Below are positions 49,662 through 60,967 of a DNA stretch of 64,000 nt, piece by piece; position 1 is the first letter of the stretch; each line of letters starts with the position of its first letter. A model generated the notes under the pieces. The model did not search any database. It was given only the letters and a program-made list of their open reading frames with translations, and had not been told where the DNA came from. Origin of the DNA: Squalus acanthias. Taxonomy: Eukaryota. The DNA is taken from NCBI GenBank assembly GCA_030390025.1, contig CM059437.1, positions 53,134,001 through 53,198,000 on the forward strand, read 5' to 3'. Position numbers and translations under genes: made by a program.

Positions 49662-52600
49662 TGTGGTAACACAATACAGCTTCCTGTGACTCGAACTTTA
49701 TTGCATCACTTCCTGTGATTAGTCCAGGATAAATACTGGACTGATCAGTTGGATCCTGGAGAGGCATAGAGTAAGACCTCTTTTGTATGTAGCACCTTTT
49801 TAGTTGATTAAAGCTTACTTTAAGTTCACCACGCGTAAGGCTCATTCTTACGACAATTTAATCAACTTTGGAAAACTTCGCACTCAAACTTTTTGGACGA
49901 ACTCGGAACTAAGGATCCAGGGAATCACCCATCATGGAAAACATCCTTAAACCATCGTGTCTTGACTTGGACCCAAACACCCCAGCAGCCGGTAAGGTGT
50001 GGAAACACTGGTATCGCACATTTGACAATTTTCTGGAATATTGCAAGGCTGATGATGACTCAAAGTTGCGGATACTCATCAACTGTGTCACCCCGAATGT
50101 ATTTCAGTATGTGGAGGAATGGGGCAGTTACGAGGAGGCAATTCGGACGCTTAAGAGACTATATACTAAGACACCGAATGAGGTCTATGCCAGACATCTA
50201 CTAGCTACAGCCCAACAAGGGCCGGAGGAATCCATTGATAAATTCCTCCAAGAGCTTCGCAGACTTAGTATGGACTGTAACTTTCAGGCGGCCTCAGCTG
50301 AGCTGTACCGTGAAGAAATGATCCGTGATGCTTTCATCTGCGGGCTTGCCTCCCCATTTATACGCCAGCGTCTACTGGAAAGTAAGACACTTGAGCTTCA
50401 GAGAGCTTATGACATGGCTTGCTCTCTAGATCTGGCAAAAAGAAATGCAGACCTTTATACAGTGCCCAGACCTCGGTCTACTGCCTTAACTACAGTCAGG
50501 CAATTTAAGAGGCCACAGGTGAACTCTACTAGGGAGGTCTTTATCCCTGACGATCAATCTGATGACTTCACTGATGAAGAGGATGATGACCCCACTGTGG
50601 CAGCCTCTTGGCAATCTAAGAAATGCTTCTTTTGTGGTGATGAGTTTCACCCTCGGAAATTCTGCCCTGCTCGCAATGCGTTTTGCAGTCATTGCAACAA
50701 AAAGGGTCAATTTGCAAAGGTTTGCCTATCAAGAGCCTCTACGAGGGCTTATCAAGCTAAGTCCTACCGAACTGCCCCGGTAAGGGCCTATCAAGATGTT
50801 CCGGCTAACATCTATCATGCTTCCTCTCGGGTTTCCTCTCGAAGAAACACACCTAGAGTTTCAGCCACTCTTTGTGCAACGACACCAATTACAGCTGCTT
50901 GTCCTCAGAACCTATTCCATGTAGCTACAAAAGCATCAATTAATGGACATACTTTAGATGCCTTAATTGACTCATGTAGCACTGATAGTTTCATTGGGGA
51001 ACAGATTGTTGCAGAGTTAAAGCTACATGTTTTCCCATCGGACCAGGCAATTGCGATGGCTCAGTCATCACTTAATACCAGAATTTCTGGCTTTTGTATG
51101 GTTGAAATAACACTTAATGGTCACAGGTATCCCTCCACCCGGCTTTCGGTGCTCAAGGATTTATGTAGTGATCTTATCTTAGGGCTGGATTTTCAAAAGC
51201 AGCATAAGAAGCTCACCATTGAGTTCGGCGGATCCAAACCTGAACTCACTATTTCTAATATACGACCTCGATTACCGTTCTGTGCATTGTCAGCAGCTTC
51301 ACTGGATGAACCCTCACTGTTTACCAGTATCCCTCCTCGATGCAAACCGATTATAACAAAGTCACGACGTTTCAGTCAGGAAGACCAGTCTTTTATTGCG
51401 GCTGAGATTTCTCAGCTTTTAGCAGAGGATATCATCGAGCCTTGTTCATCGCCATGGCGCGCCCAGGTCGTTATTGTTAAGAACCCTCTACAACCTCACA
51501 AGAAACGGCTGTGCATTGACTATTCACAGACCATCAATCAATATACGGACTTGGACGCATACCCATTGCCGCGCATCGATGATATGGTTAATAAACTGGC
51601 TGAGTACACGGTGTTCTCAACATATGATCTGAAAAGTGCCTATCATCAGGTACCCTTGAAAGTCTCAGAAAAGCAGTATACGGCCTTTGAAGCCAATGGA
51701 TGGCTGTATCAATTTCGTCGCCTCCCCTTTGGGGTCACTAATGGAGTGGCTGTCTTCCAGCGAGCAATGGATGACCTGGTCAAACAGGAAGACTCGAAGG
51801 ATACGTTTCCTTATCTGGACAATATTACTGTCGCAGGTCGCAATCAGCGGGAACATGACGCCAATCTCCAACGATTTTGGGATGCACTCCAGCACCGTAA
51901 TTTGACATTAAATGCGGCTAAATCCATTGAGTCACAACCAACCATCAACATCCTTGGCTATTGTGTGGGCAATGGCATCATTAAACCTGACCCTGAAAGG
52001 CTTCGCCCACTCCAAGAACTCCCGCCACCTAAGAATCCGGCCTCCTTGCACCGGGCCCTCGGCCTGTTTGCATACTATGCTAAATGGATTCCTAACTTCT
52101 CGGACCGAATCCAACCTCGACTGAAGGCCAGCACATTCCCACTAGACACAGCGGCTGTTGCAGCCTTTAACCTCCTGAAAAAACAGTTGGAGAAAGCGGC
52201 TCTTCACTCCATCGATGAGAGTCTTCCTTTTGTTGTTGAGTGTGATGCCTCGGATGTGGCGATCTCGGCCACTCTGAATCAGGAAGGTCGTCCAGTGGCA
52301 TTTTTGTCCAGGACTTTTCAAGGGGCTGAGCTACATTATCCTCCAGTCGAGAAAGAAGCTACAGCCATCATAGAGGCAGTATGGAAGTGGAGTCATCTCC
52401 TAGCTCGCCAGCACTTTACCTTACTCACGGACCAGCGATCGGTCGCCTTCATGCTCGATAATCGAAAACGGACCAAAATTAAAAATAATAAAATCCAGTT
52501 TTGGTGGCTGGAATTGGCCTCTTTTGGTTACACCATCCACTATCGACCTGGCAAGGAGAATGTGGCTCCGGATACCCTCTCACGAGCATTCTGCTCCGCC

Positions 52601-54101
52601 ATGGCACCCTCTACGCTCGTAGACATCCATGATGGGTTGTGTCATCCGGGCGTTACTCGCATGCTACACTTCGTGCGGTCCCGAAATCTCCCATTCTCTA
52701 CCGGGGATGTAAAGAAGATGTGCTCGGACTGCAGAATCTGTGCGGAATTGAAACCTCCGTTTTTCCGCCCCTCGGGTGGTATACTCATACATGCGACCCA
52801 GCCAATGCAACGGCTTAGCATCGATTTTAAGGGGCCGTTGCCCTCTTCAACTCGCAACACTTATCTGTTGACCATGGTCGATGAGTATTCCCGTTTTCCG
52901 TTTGCCTTTCCCTGCCCCAATATGCTGACGACCACGGTTATCAGCTGCCTTGAGCAGGTATTTGCTTTCTGTGGCATGGCATCCTATGTTCATTCGGATC
53001 GGGGCCCTTCTTTTATGTCAGGAGAACTCAAGGCCTATCTCTCGGAACGGGGTATTGCTGCCAGCAGAATGACGCCTTATCATCCGGTCGGGAATGGGCA
53101 AGTCGAGCATTTTAACGCTATCATCTGGAATGCGGTATGTCTGGCTTTGAGATCTCGGGGCCTACCCAACCAGCAATGGGAAGCAGTACTTCCAGACGCA
53201 TTACACTCCACACGGTCCCTCCTTTCGACCGCCACAAATACGACGCCTCATGAACGGTTCTTCCGATTTCAGCGTCGCTCATCCTATGGGATATCTCTCC
53301 CGTCGTGGCTGACTACACCGGCACCAGTGCTACTCCGAAGATATGTCCGGGCGTCTAAGAATGACCCCCTGGTAGATGAAGTTGAGCTCACTGACGTCAA
53401 CCCTACCTACGCCTATATTCGGTATCCTGACGGTCGGGAATCTACCGTGTCATTGCGGGATCTGGCTCCCTGCCCGCCGAAACATAGAGGGACACCAGGG
53501 GATGATATTGTACCAGGCACATCTCTGGGCTCGCCAGGTGCCTCTCATCACGATCTGGATCTGACGCCGGCTGGTACCTCACTCCAGCGTGCCGACCTGG
53601 GGCAGACTGACTATGAGCCCGTCGGGGCTCGCACGCGCAGCCACGATCCACCCCATACCGTACGCTCGGAAACGGATCTGCCACAGCCCTGCCCGACACC
53701 CGTTCGGGCACCAGTACACAGTCAGGATCGTCCTGACCCCTCACAGAGCGGGCTGGATCACTCGGACTGTGGTCCACGGCCCGCGGTGGGTAAACGGGCT
53801 AGGGGCCCTCTACCGCTACGAGAACCCAAACGGGTGCGGCTCTCCCTCGTCCAGCGGCTACGAAATGGAGGGAGCATCCCGGCCTCCTAATCTTTTGGGG
53901 GGGAGAATGTGGTAACACAATACAGCTTCCTGTGACTCGAACTTTATTGCATCACTTCCTGTGATTAGTCCAGGATAAATACTGGACTGATCAGTTGGAT
54001 CCTGGAGAGGCATAGAGTAAGACCTCTTTTGTATGTAGCACCTTTTTAGTTGATTAAAGCTTACTTAAAGTTCACCACGCGTAAGGCTCATTCTTACGAC
54101 A
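49662..54101 (+). mobile_element. Full-length Ty3/Gypsy LTR retrotransposon copy B
   Basis: LTRs 49662-49855 and 53908-54101 (194 bp, TG...CA, 1 mismatch). The 5-bp TSD ATCAC is at 49657-49661 and 54102-54106, and the PPT GGGGGGGAGAA at 53897-53907. The empty site is at 15445-15449 in copy A. Confidence 0.98.
49934..53890 (+). CDS. Gypsy gag-pol polyprotein (Gag-ZnF-PR-RT-RNaseH-IN), single open frame
   Basis: 1318 aa in PR-RT-RH-IN order, with HHCC (HDGLCH..CSDCRIC) and D-D-E (SIDF, HSDRG, QVE). Relative to copy A the protease DSG is DSC and a knuckle His is Gln. Confidence 0.95.
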   Translation: MENILKPSCLDLDPNTPAAGKVWKHWYRTFDNFLEYCKADDDSKLRILINCVTPNVFQYVEEWGSYEEAIRTLKRLYTKTPNEVYARHLLATAQQGPEESIDKFLQELRRLSMDCNFQAASAELYREEMIRDAFICGLASPFIRQRLLESKTLELQRAYDMACSLDLAKRNADLYTVPRPRSTALTTVRQFKRPQVNSTREVFIPDDQSDDFTDEEDDDPTVAASWQSKKCFFCGDEFHPRKFCPARNAFCSHCNKKGQFAKVCLSRASTRAYQAKSYRTAPVRAYQDVPANIYHASSRVSSRRNTPRVSATLCATTPITAACPQNLFHVATKASINGHTLDALIDSCSTDSFIGEQIVAELKLHVFPSDQAIAMAQSSLNTRISGFCMVEITLNGHRYPSTRLSVLKDLCSDLILGLDFQKQHKKLTIEFGGSKPELTISNIRPRLPFCALSAASLDEPSLFTSIPPRCKPIITKSRRFSQEDQSFIAAEISQLLAEDIIEPCSSPWRAQVVIVKNPLQPHKKRLCIDYSQTINQYTDLDAYPLPRIDDMVNKLAEYTVFSTYDLKSAYHQVPLKVSEKQYTAFEANGWLYQFRRLPFGVTNGVAVFQRAMDDLVKQEDSKDTFPYLDNITVAGRNQREHDANLQRFWDALQHRNLTLNAAKSIESQPTINILGYCVGNGIIKPDPERLRPLQELPPPKNPASLHRALGLFAYYAKWIPNFSDRIQPRLKASTFPLDTAAVAAFNLLKKQLEKAALHSIDESLPFVVECDASDVAISATLNQEGRPVAFLSRTFQGAELHYPPVEKEATAIIEAVWKWSHLLARQHFTLLTDQRSVAFMLDNRKRTKIKNNKIQFWWLELASFGYTIHYRPGKENVAPDTLSRAFCSAMAPSTLVDIHDGLCHPGVTRMLHFVRSRNLPFSTGDVKKMCSDCRICAELKPPFFRPSGGILIHATQPMQRLSIDFKGPLPSSTRNTYLLTMVDEYSRFPFAFPCPNMLTTTVISCLEQVFAFCGMASYVHSDRGPSFMSGELKAYLSERGIAASRMTPYHPVGNGQVEHFNAIIWNAVCLALRSRGLPNQQWEAVLPDALHSTRSLLSTATNTTPHERFFRFQRRSSYGISLPSWLTTPAPVLLRRYVRASKNDPLVDEVELTDVNPTYAYIRYPDGRESTVSLRDLAPCPPKHRGTPGDDIVPGTSLGSPGASHHDLDLTPAGTSLQRADLGQTDYEPVGARTRSHDPPHTVRSETDLPQPCPTPVRAPVHSQDRPDPSQSGLDHSDCGPRPAVGKRARGPLPLREPKRVRLSLVQRLRNGGSIPAS

Positions 54102-55427
54102 ATCACCTTGTTAATGTTGATCAGGTTTTATCTCAATGTTTTATGTACTATGTTATGACTGTTCCCTTTGTACCTTAACATATTTTCTTCTTGTATTGTA
54201 GCTTCTTTTATAACTGTAATAAAACATATATACGTTGGACCAAAGCTAACTCTAGTCTTTGAGTACCAAAGACCCAATCTAATATAAGTTTCACACAAGT
54301 GCCAGGTGCAAGAGGCCAGATTTAGGATCATAGCTGCATGGGAATAAAGTAGGCCATTCAGCCTGTCCAGCCTGTTCTGTCATTCAGTGAGATTATGTCT
54401 GATCTGTAGCTTAACTCCATCCACCTTCCTTGGCTCAATATCCGATTATAACCTTGACTCGCAAAAATCTATCGAACTCCGATTTAAAATTAATAATTGA
54501 GCTAGCACCTAATGCTTTTTGTTCGATACAGTTTCACACTTCTGCCACCTTTGCGTGAAGAATTGTTTCCTAACTTCGCTCCTGAATGGCCTGGCTCTGT
54601 TTTTTAAGACTATCTTCCCTTGTCCTAGATTCCCACACAAGTGAAAAAACTTTTTCGCTACCTACCCTATCAATTCCTTTCAAAATCCTAAAAACCTCAA
54701 TCAAATCACCCCGAAACCTTTTATTTTCCAGGGAATACAAGCCTATCTCCTCATAATCTAACCCTTGCAGCCCTGGTAACATTGTGGAGAATACGTGCTG
54801 CAATCCTTCCATGGCCAAAATTTGCAGGGCTACAGGGAAAGGGCGGGGGAGTGGGACTAGCTGAAGTGCTCTTGCAGAGATCCGGTACAGGCTCGCCACA
54901 TGGCCTCCTTCTGTGCTAAAACCATTCTATCATTCTATGATATCCGTCCTAAGATGCGGTGCCCAGAAATGTCTACTACTTTAGATACTTCCAAAAATTT
55001 CTCTAGGTGCTGAATCTGTCTGTCCTTAATTATAGAGTCCAATAACTTCCCCACAACAGATGTTAGACTAACATGTCTTTAATTTCCCTATTTCTCTCTC
55101 ATATTTCTTAAATAATGGAGTTACACTTGCAATTTTTCATTCTAAAGTGACAATTCCGGAATCGAGAGAGCTTTGGAGATTATGGCTAAATCATCTGCAA
55201 TTTCCTCACATTCTTCATTTGAAACGTTTGGATGGAAAATATCAGGAATTGTAATTTGTCCGTCTTTTGTTCTCTTATTTTTTCTCATACTGTTTTCTTG
55301 CTTACGTTAACTTTAGTGAGGTCCAGTCCTTAATTCATTATTAATTTCCCTGTAATGCCAGCCATATTATTCTCTTCCAGTACAGTGAAGATAAGTCTGC
55401 CATTTCCTTATTTTCATTTGATATATT

Positions 55428-55885
55428 GGCACCGAAATTAGACTTCGATGGTTGCCATGGGGGTAAGGATCCGACGCGATCTTACCTACCGTGCCTGTCT
55501 TTATGGTTCAGGCCCACACGAACTTCTGGTCCTGGGCCTCTCCCTGGTGCCGGCGCGCAGTGTGTGCATGTCCCAGAGGCGCAGTTAGTTCGATGCGACC
55601 TCTGGGATCACGTGGGCCAGTTAGAGCCAATGGTAGCACACCATTTTTCATTCATAGTTTTGACAGGAGAACTCTCGCGTTCAAACCTGAAAAAAAACCT
55701 AAGTGTGCTGCGTGCGCACAGCCTGTAGTGCGCACGCGGTTCACTTAGGAACCGCCCCCTTCGCAATATCGGAAGTGCCGGTTTGCCACGCATGCCGCAG
55801 TGCATGCAGGAAACCGGCACTTCGGGACCGAATACGGGTGAGTACACAGTGCGTACTCTCCCGTATTCGGCCGAATTTCTGGGCC
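55428..55885 (+). mobile_element. Harbinger-type MITE, ATT TSD
   Basis: GGCACCGAAATT...GAATTTCTGGGCC flanked by ATT. Its subterminal palindrome resembles the Harbinger right end. Confidence 0.85.
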
Positions 55886-57240
55886 ATTATCCTCGTCTGT
55901 TTTAAAGGGCGCACAGTGCCCTTGCCTTGACTACCTTTATTTTCTAAAATAATTGTAAAATCATTTTGTGCTAATCTTGATGTCCCACGGAAGTTTCTTT
56001 TTGCATTCCTTTTTGCAGCTGTTACTATCTTTTTTGTATTCATTTGCTGTTCCTTACATCTCTTCAAAATCCCCTGAATTTCACTATTCTTTGCACATTT
56101 ATATGCTCTTTCCTTCAGATTTATGATATCTCTCACCTGTCTTGCGACCATGGCTGTTTTATTTGGTCAGTAGAGCTCTTTCTCCCTTGGGCTATATATT
56201 GGACCTGTATTAAGTTAAATTCATTGTGGAATGTTCATCTGTAGTTTGACCCAATAACAGTTTTGAACAGTTTGCTGTCGTCAATCTCTGTCTCAGCCCA
56301 TAAAAGTTAGCCCTATCGAAATATAAAATCTGAGTAATTGTGTTAAGTCTCCCCTTCTCAAACCTAACATTGAATTCGATCATATTATGATCATTGTTAG
56401 ATAAGTGCTCCCTTACTGTTAGATTATTAACTAATTCTGGTTCACTACTCATTACTAAATCTAGTGTGGCCTGCTCTCTCAACGTTAACCTTTCATACCT
56501 GCATCTCCCACAAAGTAACTTCAGCTTCAGTGGACCTCAGAGCAATGATAACTCTTATGTAGTGTATCATGTGCAGCTCCACATTCTCAAAATGCCATCA
56601 CTTAATATTTGTCTCTCCTCCAGGGCCACCACATAAAGATCAAGAGCAGCTGATGGGAAAGGACAAAAACTCCTCAGAGGAACTGTTACCTACTGAGGAT
56701 GGACCGTCATGTGACACAAGTGTTGACGGGACCAGCACAGATAACAGTACCTTGGTTGGTCCTCACAGACAGGTAGATTATACTGCACTTGATTACTCTC
56801 ATAGCATTAGTGAGCAAGAGCAGAGAACAGTGGAAGGGACACTTGGTGAGATTATGTGACAGACGTCGCCATCCTCTCGAAGGTCTGCTGATCAGGACAG
56901 CGATGCAGAACCCTTCAGGCCAGCACTGAAAAGGAGAATGCTGGAGGCACGGCAGTATCTGTCTGAGGCATTGGAAGGCCTGCCAGGCACACTGTCCACT
57001 GTGGCAGAGAAGATGGAGCAGTCGAATTCAATCACATGTGGAGCGATGTCGCGCGGCTTTTAATCTTTTTGATCTGCCATGATCAATGCTGACAGGCAAC
57101 ATGTCCTGCATGTAGGCTCCGACTGCAGGGCTGCAGATTCTGGCCGCAAGCGTCTCCACCGATTTTGACAGTATTGTATACAGATTAGATCGGCGCTTCC
57201 AAGGCATCAGTGATCTCCTCTATTATGCTCTCTCGCAGAG

Positions 57241-57568
57241 GGGAATGGTAGCATAGTTGTAATGTCACTGGGCTTGTAATTCTGAGGCCTGGACTAATGA
57301 TCCAGAGACAGCAGTGCAGAATTTAAATTCAGTTAATTAAATAAATCTGGAATAAAAAGCTAGTATCAGTAATGGTAACCATTAAACTATCGGATTGTCG
57401 TAAAAATCCATCTGGTTCACTAATGTCCTTTAGGGAAGGAAATCTGCCGTCCTTACCTGGTCTGGCCTATATATGACTCCAGACCCACAGCAATGTGGTT
57501 GACTCTTAACTGTCCTCTGAAATGGCCCAGCAAGTCACTCAGTTGTAAATAACGCAACGAAACATAAT
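57241..57568 (+). mobile_element. 5' half (tRNA-like head) of the bipartite LINE derivative, split by the Harbinger insertion
   Basis: Reverse complement of about 5905-6235. It resumes at 62942 after the AAT duplication. Confidence 0.75.
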
Positions 57569-58316
57569 GGCCCAAAAAGTCGGCTGAATACGGGAGAGTA
57601 CAAACTGTGCACTCTCGCGTATTCAGTCCCGAAGTGCCGGTTTCCTGCATGCACTGTGCATGCACGGGAAACCGGCACTTCAGGTATGGCGAAGGGGGCG
57701 GTTCCTAAGTGAACCGCATGCGCACTATAGGCTGTGCGCACGCAGCACACTTAGGTTTTTTTTTCAGGTTTCAACGCGAAGGTAAGTATGGAAGATTTTA
57801 CACATGAAGAAAGGCCACCTTTTAACAAGGTAAGCAGTTAATTAAGTATTATTTTAAATTTTTTTCAGCAGGTTTATCTTTTTTAGAGACTTTAAAGAAA
57901 GGAAAGTTTATTTTTATAACTTTTAAAAAGAATTTAAATCTTTTCAAAAATTTAAATTTTTGTTTAAAGTGGTTAATTTATTTAACTATAGTTATTTTAT
58001 TAATGTGATGTTTTTTTTTATTTGAGGTTTAGCTGTTCTTTTGGGGGCAATTTGTATTCATAGTTTTGACAGTTCTCCTGTCAACGCTTTGAATGAAAGA
58101 TGGTGTGCTGCCATTGGCTCTCCATGCCCCACGTGATCCCAGAAGTCGCATCGAACTAACTGAGCCTCAGGGACACGCACACACTGCGCGCCGGCACCAG
58201 GGAGAGGACCAGGAGCTGAAGTTCGTGTGGGCCCGAAACACAACGGCCGGCGCGGAGTGTGATGTAGCGGGGGATCCTTACCCCCGCGGCAAGACGACGA
58301 GTCAAATTTCTGGGCC
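57569..58316 (-). mobile_element. Harbinger-type MITE, same family as 55428-55885, inverted, AAT TSD
   Basis: GGCCCAAAAAGTCGG...AAATTTCTGGGCC flanked by AAT, with reverse-complement similarity to 55428-55885. Confidence 0.85.
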
Positions 58317-58779
58317 AATCCAGATATTCCGCTCCGAGGCTTCCCGCCGGCGAAAGCCCCCGACCTGCAAAAAACAACCGCACCGACCTTAATGCTCTGG
58401 GCCCACGTAAACTTCCGATGTCATCCTGAGGACTCCTGGGCAGCGTATGACGTCACGCCGCCCAGGAGCGATGCTGCGCGGAGCCGAGGGCGTCGAGCGT
58501 AGCCGAGACCCGCCCACAAAAGTGGTATTTGCATAGGCCACGCCCCTGAATTTTTTCTACTTTCAGAAGCATTTGAACCTGAAAGTAGCTGGAAAACTGC
58601 ATGGTAAGTTGTTTCTTTATAGTTTTTTGAATCTTTTGCAAACTTTTAGAAACTTTTAAAGACTTTTACATGGATTTGAAGAATCTTAAATAGTTTTAAA
58701 GAGATTTGAAGCAATTTAAAGAGTTTTAAAAGCCCTGAAAACACTTTTTTCATTCATTTTAATTAATCAGCAAAGTGAA

Positions 58780-60518
58780 ATGGAAGGAATGAGCAAAATT
58801 CACATCATTAAGAGAGCTCAGAATTTCAGTGATGATGACATCAGCACACTCCTCAATGAGATTGAGGCGAAGAGCCCGCGAATCCTTGGGAATGAGAAGT
58901 CGAGGGCACCGCGCAAAGGACAGATGACAGCTTGGTCAGTAGTTGCCCAGGCTGTCAGCGCGAACTCCACCATTCCATGGACAGCGGAACTATGCCACAA
59001 AAAATGTAATGATTTAATGCGATCTGCCAAGGTTTGTACAGTTATTAGAAAAGTCAACTGTAATATTTCTTTAAATTTAACTGAACTAGTTTTAAAAAGC
59101 TCTTAGATACACATGTGTTGTCAAGTGACTTCATTATCCAAGCATGTGAGCTTGCCATAAAAGTTTATGGCTTTGGGGCCAGCTCAGGGTCATCCATTGT
59201 GCTCTTATCTTGATTCCACAGGTTTGAGTTGTAAAATTTCAATTAGTGAGTGAAAAAAAATCCTGTCTCCAAAGCAGGTTGTGTCCCTGTCTCAAAGGCA
59301 CGTGGGTGGTCTCTGCAGAAAAAACTGCAGTTTCATGACGTTTCATATTTTCTGTTTTCATTTTAGAGTAAAATTATTAACAATGCCAGAGAACATGCAC
59401 TGACAAGTGGTGGTGTTGTCACACTAAGGGATTTATCCGAGCATGAGGAAAGGGTCGAGCAGCTGCTTGGAATTAGTAGCGGCCGTACAGTGCCTGCTGC
59501 CAAATCAGACATTGGGATAAGGAAAGATGAGTTGGTCTGGCCAGCTATATGTTTAAAAATGTTAGGTGTGTGTTGAATATCAGCTTCTGTGATGTGGCAG
59601 GTCATGCTTTACCTTTGCAAATGTTTAGTGTTTCCTTTCCACAGGTGGACAGCATACTTCTCACACACGGGATGAACAGTGTGTTGAGTCTGCGGCCACA
59701 GAGGACATTGGGGAAGGGGTTACAGATGCAATGGGAGCAGTAAGTGAGGTGGTGGAGGAGGAGGAGGAGGAATTTGCGCTTTGTAAGCTAGTGGAAGAGG
59801 AGGGTATGGACCCTGGGTGGCTGCACAGTACCTTTCCATCTCCTGGCCCCCCTGGCTCTGTGCGAGGCACAGATGACTGTCGTTCCACAGCCAGACACCA
59901 ATCTGATACTGCAGAGCAGGAGGGAGAAGCAGAAAGACGTTCAACGCTACGGAATGACAGAAGCTCAGGTGCAACAGATTGAAGGGTTGAGGCAAGAGAT
60001 GTGTACTCTTCATGGGAAGAAAGTTGACTCTCTTGCCTCCATCAGGTAGGGAATTGATGTTCTTGGTAAAGATGTTACTATGTCGCTTAATCAGATACTA
60101 TTGCAGTTGCAAAAAACAGATCATGTTACTATGGTGCTTAATCAGATAAATGAGTCTCTCATTCGACTCTTGCAGTTGCTTGAAACAGTTTCTGCTGCCA
60201 TTACTTTGACTCCTGCAGAACCGCCCTCACCTGCTCCCAGCGCAGAAACAGTGCAGGCCCACGCAACAACAGCTCCACCAGTCCTGATGCCAGCAAACGT
60301 TGCCTTTCAGCAGCAGCGACAGCAGCAGCAGCAACCCTATCAGGAGGCAATTGTTGAAGGGCAAGAGATGGCACACAGGGGCCTTTCAATTGGCAGCAGA
60401 GGGCTCCAGTTATGGGGAAGGGGAAAGCGCAGGAGACAGTAGGTTGTCACCTTTTGCACAATCCACCTCCTTTGACCCTCAGGCACAGATGCGAGGGGGC
60501 AAATCGTCAATTCTTTAA
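58780..60518 (+). pseudogene. Harbinger Myb/SANT-like gene copy B, disrupted
   Basis: Same motifs as 17682-19482. The exon 2 donor GT is AT at about 59527, and exon 3 has a frameshift and a stop. Confidence 0.75.
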
Positions 60519-60967
60519 TGTTTTGTTTTATTTAAATGTTAAATGTTATCGTTGCTTTTTTTATTGTAATATATATTTGTGACTGAAAGTGTATGTAACC
60601 TTTTCGTTTAAAAAGTACAGCCTCTAGTCACTTTGAAGAAAAGTCAACTTTTTTATTTGCAAAAATATTTAAAATTACAACTGTTTGAAAATTAGAAAAT
60701 AGCTCGTTTCCATCTTGAATGTCTTTACTGCACTAAGAAGCCAAAAAAGTCACTTTAACCTGTTTACAAATTTTATTCAACAAAATTATGCTTGCGAATG
60801 TTTGAAAAGTAGAAAATAGCTAGTTAACATTTAAAAGTTAAAAATTAAGAACATCAAAACTGAACCTCAAAAGTCTTTGATGCTGCAATAAAATTTCACT
60901 GTTTCATTTTAAATTGTGTCTGTTCCTTTCTTTGCGTTGCTGGGGGAGGGGGAGGTACAAGGCGACA

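Noticed and set aside
56569-57240. Coding-looking fragment in the copy-B-only block
   Set aside because: It has stops and frameshifts and no recognisable domain. It is probably a remnant of another transposon accessory gene, but I cannot support a call.
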